Positions 1 through 10,218 of a DNA stretch of 64,000 nt are shown here, piece by piece (the first letter of the stretch is position 1; the number at the start of each line of letters is the position of its first letter). The notes under the pieces were generated by a model, which did no database searches, was not told the origin of the DNA, and saw nothing but the letters and a program-made list of their open reading frames with translations. A program made the position numbers and the translations under genes. Source of the stretch: Paraphysomonas bandaiensis (lineage: Eukaryota; Protista; Chrysophyceae); assembly GCA_965644295.1 (NCBI GenBank), contig CBFFRP010000235.1, positions 96,646 through 160,645 of the forward strand. The letters run 5' to 3'.

Positions 1-192
1 AACTTATATATACATTGGAGCCTCAATACATGCATTCATATACATAACGGTATTCTAATCCCACAGTATTACACGGTATTCGGTATGTATTCTATCTTCA
101 CATGATAGTGTTCTTTTTGGCTATTGATATGAGTATACATATATATACGTAGCTTTCCTATACTAATAAACTCTACATACAACAACAGTACA

Positions 193-328
193 CGTATCGG
201 TATTTTTCGGAAATAAATTGATATAAAAATCCTCTATAGTACTGCAGTACAACTACGGCTATAATACAGATAATTATTGTCTCAATATTTGAGGCATCTT
301 GGAACAAAAATATAAAAAGCATGCCGAT
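193..328 (-). mobile_element. MITE family A copy (about 150-bp family with CGTATCGGCA...TGCCGATACG termini)
   Basis: Reverse-complement match to the copies at 24518-24669 and 24693-24843; same orientation as 38355-38506. Confidence 0.75.
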
Positions 329-673
329 TATAGCTACAGTTGAGAGAACATCTCCAAGTATTCAGTTGTGTGTATATGTACATCTTCCTCACAATTACGT
401 ACGCATACATACATACCCAACATATACATACCCTAACATACATATACATACATATACATACATACATACATGTTCACCTCACATCTCCTCCTTATTAATG
501 CATACTCATATAACACACATATACATACATAAGTAACCATCATATAATCAATCATATGAATATACTTATTATTACTATTTAATCACACTAACATACATAG
601 AAATACAATCGTTTAATTTCATTCAATCCTTCATATCAATTCAACTGTTTCATTAGATCAAACACCATCCACT

Positions 674-3203
674 ATGAATGATATACATACAAGATTTCGT
701 TCACCAAGTAATGATGGTAATAATCAAGATTTACATTATAAACGTCATAGAGCTGGAAGTATCAGTGGAAGACTTAGAGCAGCATCTGATTTGGAAGAAA
801 TTGGAATGATTGATAAATATCAGAAAGGATTATTAAAAGTATGTGTATATATGTGTATAATACATATATATGTATATGTATGTATCTATGTATTGATGTG
901 TTTGTTATATAAGTATATGATAATATTTCATTGTTTATATCTTGTAGGATAAGATTATAGCTGGTGATCCCGCACTTCAGGCAGCATTAGACAAATATGA
1001 CAGAGGCGATATTACCGACTTGGAAGGTATAGTCTTTTGCTAACTTCTTTTTTTGACTCTGTGGTACCATGTCGTTGTATTTGACTTTCTTGTAGTATAT
1101 ACATAATTTAATTGCTGTGTCTACTTAGCAATTATAAAATCTGGCGGTCTGACTGAAGACACCGTTGATCTGCTGGATGGACTGGATTTGGATTTTTTGA
1201 ATGTTGGCAAAGGAGGTGCGTTCCAAAACTTCGATGATATGGACTTTCCTTTCGATTCTATGGACGATATGGGATTCAGAATGCGTGGTATGAGTGAGAT
1301 GGGCATCCCGGCCGAATCTGCTGGGGGAGTCAAGGAAGAGGGAGTGAAACAGGAGGGTATGCAGTTTTCTCATGGCAAAGGACCTGCAGTGCCTGACACA
1401 CAGGTACTATATGGCCCTTCAATCCCCCTTATACATGTCTTACTTGTTCCTAGGCCATTAATGGGGATATGACTTATAATTATGAAGGCAATGACCCGTA
1501 TAGACAGCAGGGACCTGGTGCTGATATTTTCTCTTATGAGGCTCTATCTGTGTCCCCTCCCCAATTGAATGGTTCCGAGTTTATCTTCGGTAGGATGTTA
1601 TGCATTCACTAATGTCATACTTGCGTAGTGTGAATACAACGCTATATGTTATTGTGGCACTTGCGCCTTCTTTGCCTTTGGCAGTTGTATTTGGGCATGA
1701 TATGTCCCTTGTACTTTAACTCTATATAACATTGCATGTTACATTGTTTCATGAATCGGATATGTCTGTCATGTCTATATTTCATTCACGATGGTGTACT
1801 TATCTAATTTCGTTATACAGGAGGGACGAATCGACAACGAGGAATGTCAGGCTTGAGCGACCTTGAGGCTTCTCTGTACAGGACGAGAGGGCTGTCGAAC
1901 CTTTCTGACTTTGACCCTTTTCCAAGTGGAAGTGGTAAACAGGTACTAGTATGCAACTGTGTATATTATGATATATCGGATAACGTTACGGCTCTGTTGT
2001 ATTGTGTATGTTTTGTTTGGTCTTTTTTCTAATATAGATTTAGCCCCCCGCTTCGAATAACACCACAGCCCCACCACCCCATCCACAGCGACCACAAGGG
2101 TCTCACCAAATCGCCCAGCAGCGTCCCACTGCTCCTCCTGTATCGAATCACAATTTCACCGGTGGAAGCAGTAATAATGGACCTTACATGTCCAACTTTC
2201 TCACACCCAGCAATCTGATTCCGGGATATGCTATGCCAATGGGTAAGTTGATACAAAGCTCATCTGTGTTTTTCAGTGTGGCATGTGCAGTATACGAGAG
2301 AGTACTGATTTTATTCATGTTTTTATGTAGGCATGGCGCAAGGTGACAAAAGGCTGCAATCGTCTCTTCAGCCCACAACGATATATTCAGCTCAGAAACC
2401 ACGACCCGAGTCAGGTGATCTTGACTGTCATACTGTGCTAGTTGTAACTGCGTTTATTATTATTATTTCGTCCTTGTAAAGACATTGTGTGCGAGTAGGT
2501 TGACAAACAGTTCATATATAAGATATCTATTGATATTTGCTGATTGATGTGTCCTAACTTCGTATTACATACAGAAAAAGGATATATTGGGGCATATTCT
2601 CCTGAGAGCAGAAAGGAGAGATTGGAGAAATTCTTTGAAAAGAGAAAGAAACGGGTTTGGACCAAAAAAGTAAGTTTCAATATAATTGCAGAGATTGCAA
2701 CAAAACTGAACATAGAGCAGCATGCAGCATATGTATTCTGCATTTTAATGATGTTTACGTATACTTTGGTATATCTGGTTAGCTTTCTATAATCAGAGAA
2801 ACGACGTTTTGTTCTACTCAGTGTTCATTACTTCTATTTAGTGTGTATTAAGTAATACTCAGTAGAATGTACGTTAACTCGTATACAGGTCAAATACGAT
2901 GTGCGGAAAAACTTTGCTGACAGTAGACTGCGTGTAAAGGTGAGAAGGAATATAGTTATGCGGAAGTGTGTGGATATTGTCTTGTGCATGATCATATGTA
3001 TTCAATCAATTACTCCATAAACTCCCGGTATATATGTGGGTATGCAGTATAGTGCGGGAATAAGCATCGTGCGACTTGCGACTTGTATATAGTCATCTAA
3101 TTGTTGAGGTTTCTCTACGAATGTATTTAAATCAAACATACAGGGGAGATTTGTCAAGAAGGAAGATGAGGAACTTCTTCGTGATTTGCAAAATTTGGAA
3201 TAG
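674..3203 (+). CDS. CCT-domain (CONSTANS/TOC1-type) protein, multi-exon
   Basis: Spliced exons (674-838, 948-1026, 1129-1403, ... 3144-3203) end in YIGAYSPESRKERLEKFFEKRKKRVWTKK|VKYDVRKNFADSRLRVK|GRFVKKEDEE, the CCT motif; GT-AG junctions seen. Confidence 0.85.
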
Positions 3204-3873
3204 TTTGTGTCAATCCCGGACAGCTTTTGACAGGTATATAAAAGATGAATGCTCCAAAATGTGTTGTATTTATTGCGGTATTGTAGCAATACAAAAAAGA
3301 GTCGTCAAGATACGTAAAGAAGCTGTGATTCATATATTAAGTTCTTGATGGCATGATTCAGTGATGCATAAGCGCGTGATGTCTGCTATGTAGGAATCGA
3401 AGTCGTGAATGTTGTAGTAGTATGGTTGCTGATTGAAATAATTTAAGGCATCATTAAAGCAATATGCTTCAAGAAGTGCAGTTTGCTGCCATTTGTTTAT
3501 TTCATAGTATAGCTACAAATTCACAAACTATTGCCGACAAAATCTATCTACTTTTTGATTAAGGTCTGGTTCTCCACTATAAATTCAAAGGGTTAGTATG
3601 CAACATGTTTAGCTCTTGTTGTGAAACTGTCTTCTTTACTTTTCTTGTTGAGAATTATTATGAATTGTAAATACAACAACGTCAAACATCTTACTGATCT
3701 TAAAGAGCAGGATTTCAATTGATACTGAAATATAGACAATAGACTGTAGAAGAGAGAATCTTCAACTATGTATTATTCATTCGACGGTATATTATGATTC
3801 GAACCTTAAAGGCAGCTTTAAATTGCTAACTAATATGGAGCAGTACAAGATACAAATGTACGTAGTTTCTAAA

Positions 3874-4238
3874 TTAGTTCTAACTCTTACAGGCCTATTG
3901 CTAATAATAAGACTTTCACTTCTAGTACTACGTAGTAGAATAGTGTGTATAGTACACTTGTGTAGACGTATTTGGGCCTTGTCGAATAAACAAGCATCTG
4001 GGAATGGGCCCACCTCAACAAGGACATCCGGGGTATTGGGCTGTCTGCTGAAGTCAAGCATCCGGGAATTGTTTCACCGAAAGTGGCTGCACCTTGATGC
4101 TTGCCGTGACGCACAAGCATCTTTCGTAGCACCAAATAGTAGGATATCGGAGTTGTTAAGCACTAGTTAGTTATATTGTTTTTTTGCTACATTAGTTCTG
4201 GCTCTTACATGCCTATTGCTAATAATCAGACATTTACT
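3874..4238 (-). repeat. Unclassified interspersed repeat family B, module layout A-B-partial A
   Basis: Shares TATTAGCAATAGGC and TCCTACTATT...GCAAGCA(C/T)CAAGGTGCA(A/G)CCACT with 6893, 25330-25695, 34233, 35005 and 50126; internal direct repeat 3874-3920 vs 4192-4238. Confidence 0.75.
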
Positions 4239-4428
4239 ACATTGTTAGGATTCATTTTATATAAGGTAGTATATGCGGAAAGTAACGTTCAATGAAATAT
4301 ATCATGAGCTAAATTAATGGACGTATCTGTTGCAGATACTTGATCGTCTTTATAATGATCGTCATTTTCAATTATACTTCTATAACTATTCCATATTGTG
4401 TGTTCTATATTATTATTCACTTTCTTAC

Positions 4429-5779
4429 AAGTCGAGGTAATACCAAAACCTGGGTTTTGATGTAAAACCTGGTGAAATTTTTGGTGATGGTCGGAAAAGG
4501 GTATAACTATGCACAATAAGTAACTATGAAGTTAATAACAGTGTGAAAAGTATTATTTATAATATTTTTTACTAATTTCTTCCATATTACTTCAGTTTTA
4601 CAGCAATAAAAGTCACCGACTACACACATATATTATACAGTTCAAGCTATTCCGTCAAGCATAATATAAAGCTATTCTTTGTACGATACCCCACTACTAC
4701 GTCGACGTTTTCCGGTCACAACATTCTCAGATGAGAGAGCGCCTTGATCCACCCATTCGGTTGTAGGCTCTGTCACTATTTCCCATTGCTGTTTTTTAGT
4801 CCTTTTCTTTGACGAAGTTACTGTATAATATATAATATATTATAACGTTTACATAATAATCATATTATTATATATACTAACCTTTTATGTGCCTCAAGTA
4901 ACTTGCAGCTAGGTTGTTGTCATACTGTCCATCATTATATTTGATATCGTAAGTATTGTCGCTATGTACCTGAGTATATATATCTCTTACATTTATTGAT
5001 TAAATATATGTGTTACTGTAGTACTGTTCATGAAGATGGTGACGGGGTCGTCGTACGTATATATGCGGTATTGTTCTGATTATTGTTGTGCGTTGTTACT
5101 ATAATACACTGTACTAACTGTGTAGTATAATGGTGTAGGAGAAGTACAAAGGGAAGAAGAATGTCGTCGAAATTCGTGGCGACATATCCAACGACGACTC
5201 GGAGGAAGAGGTACCACGAAAGCTCACGAGCAGGGACAGTAGTACTGTTCATGAAGATGGTGACGGGGTCGTCGAATCTCAGCAGAAAGCGGATCTGATA
5301 CCTCCCGCTGTTGCTGAACTTCGTCAGGAAATGATGTCCGGACTAGCAGAACTTCGTGATCTTCTAATGAGAAAAAATGATGATCCTCCACCTGCTTATG
5401 ATCCTCCACCTACTAGTACTGCGCCCCCAACGGCTGTAGCCGCGTCGTCTCAGAGCATAGGTACTAATACTACTAGTGTAAGTAGTAGTGGTGAAGATAG
5501 CTTTATGCGTATGCATTGTATCCAAAACCAGGCTATTCGGTTGGAGCGTTTGCAATCTCAAGAGAGGCAAATGCAGCTATATGAGAATATGATATTACAA
5601 AACACAAGTCGTGGCAGGGCCAACTTGTAACGCAATAAATATTGCTAATAACAACTATAATTGCAACTTTTTCTTTATCTTTAACCTCTTAGATACAAAT
5701 TACAGTAAAATAATAACTCAATACTTAGATATGAAACCTGGTGAAATCGCTTTACCAGGTTTTGGTATTACCTCGACTT
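4429..5779. mobile_element. Non-autonomous TIR DNA transposon, PIF/Harbinger-like (3-bp TSD)
   Basis: Perfect 25-bp TIR AAGTCGAGGTAATACCAAAACCTGG at 4429-4453 and 5755-5779, flanked by TAC on both sides; subterminal AAACCTGGTGAAAT repeated near both ends. Confidence 0.8.
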
Positions 5780-6076
5780 TACATCTCTTTGTTCGTCACT
5801 TTACATCCTAATAAAAGCACAATATTTTTCTTGCTTAAATCTTCATTAGGAAGCGAATGTCAATTAAAGGTACAAGTTACGGCTAATATACCAGCTCGGA
5901 TTCAACAACCGACAAACAAAAAGACTCAATGCCGAAAATCGATGCGAAGAACTTCTCTAGGTGGCAGAAGTGCTGCACGTGGTTCTACCACAAACCAAAA
6001 ATCGTTTAGACTCTACAATCTAAAAAATCTCAATGACCCTGAAGAAGAAATCTCAGATGACGAAGATGATCAATAT

Positions 6077-6821
6077 CAGGGATAGAGAACAATATATTAT
6101 TGTATTGCAATATATTGTAAAATATATTGAATGAACTGGTCTAATATTCCATCAAAATTGTTTCTGTTAAAGTAGCTCAAAATATATTGCAATAAAGATT
6201 CTTAACTGTAGGGTAAAAAATATATGTCCATGTATATAAATCTCCGTTTAGACAGTCATTATTGCAACACTACAGAGGATAATGAAGCTGAAGTTGGATA
6301 TGCGGAGAAAATTCTTCTATCAGCTCAAACATTTAAGAAACGAATAGTTGAAAAATCTATGTACAGGTGCACGAGTCATGTGTAGTAAGTACTTTTCAAA
6401 TACATGTGAACGCCTTTTCAGCGCAGCAAAACTGATTATATCAATGTTGCGCAAACATATGCATCCTACAACTTTTAATATGCTGTTGTTTCTGAAAGCT
6501 AACCGACAGTTGTGGCCGGATGTAAGCATATTTCAATTAATATTGGATGAATATGGGGATGATGATGTCATCGATGATGGCTCAGAGGATGAGTATGAGG
6601 AAACTTTTAAAAGCAGTTAAGAGAGTGTAGTGGGTCTGATTATCAAGTGACCTTAGACCTCTTATAATGACAAGTACTAAAAACTACGGATGTGTTTACG
6701 TGTTTACTTACTGATTAGTCATACTAATATTGTATTGTAGGGCCGGTTTAAAATCTCCCTCCATACTATTGATGGAAAATTATCCAACAATAGAATTGCA
6801 ATATATTTTTCCTTATCCCTG
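6077..6821 (+). mobile_element. Non-autonomous hAT transposon (internal deletion derivative)
   Basis: TIR CAGGGATA...TATCCCTG (about 22 bp imperfect); perfect 8-bp TSD ATCAATAT; ORF 6348-6620 has the hAT C-terminal dimerisation motif SNTCERLFSAAKLIISMLRKHMHPTTFNMLLFLKAN. Confidence 0.92.
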
Positions 6822-6892
6822 ATCAATATCAACTCGAACAGTTTTACGATACACAACGATATTATTACGATGAATGATAAGAAACTATTATA

Positions 6893-7073
6893 TTGAAAGT
6901 CTTTTTATTTAGCAATAGGCGTTAAAAACTCGTTCCGATATAGTGGCTAGTGGTATGCTAGATCTACTAGTTAGACCTCTACCCATAACTAATCAGCACA
7001 AATTCTATTATCCTACTATTTAGCGCTACAGAAGCTGCTTGTGCGTCGCCGCAAGCACCAAGGTGCAACCACT
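6893..7073 (+). repeat. Repeat family B, module A copy
   Basis: Aligns end to end with 50126-50305. Confidence 0.8.
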
Positions 7074-7083
7074 TCCGTTCTTA

Positions 7084-7582
7084 ATGTTGTTTGTAAGTTT
7101 TGCCCTGCTTGTGTGTCTTAGGACTCACTGGCGCGTGTTGTCCGGGGGTCTCCCCTTGGGATAAGGTTCCGCCAGGCTCTGAGGTACAGGGTTCTGTATT
7201 AACGTCCTGAGTGTACCGAGCACTAGAAACTAGCTATTAACCTTGTTGGTACAATGTGTTCTGCAATATGATGTGATATATATTGTGCAATTGAAGTGAG
7301 TTAACAGTGTGCAATAGGTGAAGTCAACCCATAGGTGTAACGGGTGATTATAGGTACAAAGGAATTAAATTCAGTTACTGAAGTGTGACTATACAAGATA
7401 TAGATAAACAGATGTTCAATCGCTAAGAACAGATGTTTCAACATATGTTACACGAATATGTAGTGAAGTGTTCAGAATAATAATCATAATTTCTTACTTG
7501 AAAGTGCATTGTGTTCAACATAGCAAGGTTAAGGTTTACGTGTAGAGCAAAGTTAACTTCAGTGAAATGTCCAATTCGAACA
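7084..7582 (-). mobile_element. Truncated Copia-like element: LTR (7244-7582) plus adjacent leader
   Basis: LTR is homologous to the solo LTR at 25985-26337 (TGTT...AACA ends); on the minus strand it is followed by AGGTTAATAGC, a GGTTA-type PBS position. Confidence 0.65.
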
Positions 7583-7971
7583 CAATGTACACTACGATCT
7601 TTAGCGTTTAACGAATTCTAGGCTACTATCAATTCTTTATTATGTAATATAGATATTTCATACCGTGAATTGTGAACAGAAAACGTCGTTGTGTGTGTTA
7701 ACTTGCAAGGATGTTTCACTATTCAATGAAAGTATTAGCAGCAATCGAAATAAAAATGTTACTTAATAGGAAATGGATCGAAACCATACTCAAAAATTTT
7801 TATTATGCAATAGAATGTAAGGAGTTATCACTTTCACTGTTGACCCACCCACGCAGATCAAAATGATTTCGTGTGAAACAGCCTAGAATACATATCAGTT
7901 GGTTCTGTATCGCCGTCCCTGCAAAAGTTGTAAGACCACTGACACGCACAAAAGACACAGCACAAAAGACA

Positions 7972-9709
7972 TTAATACCATGCCACGTACATGACAGTTG
8001 CGGGTGAAGATTCATAAGAAGGCCGAGGTTTCTTCTTTACACTGGACATTAGCATTTGATCCAAACAAGGTGTACAAGCTTGGTCACGGTCGATGTTGAA
8101 TGCCCAGTCCATGTTGTGCCTCGCTGTAGATTGATACCACATTGGGGATGTAGAAAGAGGGTCAATGTTACCACATAGCTGAGATAAAGGAGTGCGTACA
8201 CGACTAGAAGTCATCGTAATTGGAGTACTAGGCGTCTTTCCAGCCGAATAAACACCAGGACTGGAACACATAGAGTGGAATTTATCTGTACACGAGAACT
8301 AATTACTTTCGTGTATAAAAGTTTAACAGATAAGACACATGCATAAAAATACTACAACTGATGGCGCACTACTCAGTGCACTTCAAGTAAATCGTACCCA
8401 TTGGTGTATTTTCTTGACCGCCTATACCACCAGCGTAGTCAGGGTACACAATATCTTCATGAAGCAAAGTTATGTCAGAAAAAGAGGAAAATAGCCGCCC
8501 AAATGCTGTTGGAGATAATACGAAACTGTCTAAATCGCTACTTGAATTCGCGTCTGGAAGTGCGCTTAGATGATGAGGTATATGACTTTCAACGGGTTGC
8601 TTCCGCTTCGTCGCAGTGTTAGGATGCAGTGGCACTCGACAATCCCGACTAGCTCTTTTAGGTTGAGATGCTTCTGTATCCCCACCTTCGGTGGAGTTTG
8701 TTCTGACAGAAAAGATTTCCTTGCTGACATTAGTGGAAAGACTTCCAGGATTCTCGCTGAGAGATTTTATACGCTTCGTTTGGCGTCGTCGCCGCTTGTT
8801 AAAATGAACCTCTTCAAGCATTTTTGGGATGTGCTCTCGCCCTGTAATTACCAAACCATGCACTTATCAATTCCGTAATCCTCTGATATATATGTACACC
8901 TACCGTAAGTGAATTCAGAGGATTCAGAGTCAGCGTTGAGGCCCCTGATGTATGGCGCGTATGTCAAATTCCACCTGTTCTTTACGTCGTTATCAGTCCT
9001 TCCTGGAAGCTGCTTTGAAATTTCAGCCCATTTGTTTCCCATCTGAACGTGTGCCTGACAGGAAAAGATTAGAGTACATACTAATCACTTCAATTAAAAA
9101 ATACTCATCTCACCTCAAGTAATTTTTGATCCTCCTCCATAGTAAACTTGCTGGTTTTGAGGTGTGGCTTCAAATGATTAACCCAGCGCTCTCGGCACTG
9201 CTTTGTAGTTCTATTCGGTATTTTTACTTTCCTCCATTGAACTTTATTAGGGTTTGCTGTAGATTGAACAGCATTGCGCAATAACTCATCTTCCTATCGT
9301 AAAGAAACATTGTACTAAACATCACTACGTATATAGTCCGCATATATCATAATCCACCTGTTGAGTCCAGGGGCCTTTAGTGATATTCGGATCTAATACT
9401 TTACTCCATCGGTGAGAACATTGAATGGCAGTCTTCGATCCTCCAAATTCACGGTTGACATCCTCCGCCACCTCCTTCCAGTGTTTGTATCTGTAGTGAG
9501 CAGCAGATCTCTTTAGCACTTCATCCTACATATAAACGATTATATCTGTTATACATGCATCCAGCAGTACATACACATGGACAGACAAGTAAATCTATCA
9601 TCCTAAGAAGTTATCTTACCTCTTCTTTTGTCCAACGGGTACGTACAGTCGATCCTGGAGTCATACCAGTCGATTGTGTGGATTGAGAGCTATCTTCAAA
9701 GTGATCCAT
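7972..9709 (-). CDS. Three-repeat MYB (R1R2R3) transcription factor
   Basis: Spliced exons give RWTKEE|[31 protein letters not shown]|[31 protein letters not shown]|[29 protein letters not shown]; the 3' exons are less certain. Confidence 0.88.
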
Positions 9710-9924
9710 TGCACAGAAATGCTCCGGAGGGACTTCTTTAGTAGGGAAAGTTATTACATCACAAAATAGTGCAATCAACACGATATTATAATAATGATGC
9801 TTGATTGCTTCCTATATACATATATATACACTCCAACTCCAACAAGAAATATCCACAAAGAAACACCACACCATTTTAGCCGTTGACTTGATACCTCACG
9901 AGCAGCAGATACAAGTAGGTAGAT

Positions 9925-10013
9925 GTGTGTATGTATGTGTATGTATGTATGTATGTATGTATGTATGTATGTATGTATGTATGTATGTATGTATGTATGT
10001 ATGTATGTATGTA

Positions 10014-10044
<31 letters not shown>

Positions 10045-10218
10045 ATGTATGTATGTATGTATGTATGTATGTATGTATGTATGTATGTATGTATGTATGT
10101 ATGTATGTATGTATGTATGTATGTATGTATGTATGTATGTATGTATGTATGTATGTATGTATGTATGTATGTATGTATGTATGTATGTATGTATGTATGT
10201 ATGTATGTATGTATGTAT
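9925..10218 (+). repeat. (GTAT)n microsatellite, left flank of the retrotransposon
   Basis: Direct tandem repeat with one short (GT)n interruption. Confidence 0.98.
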
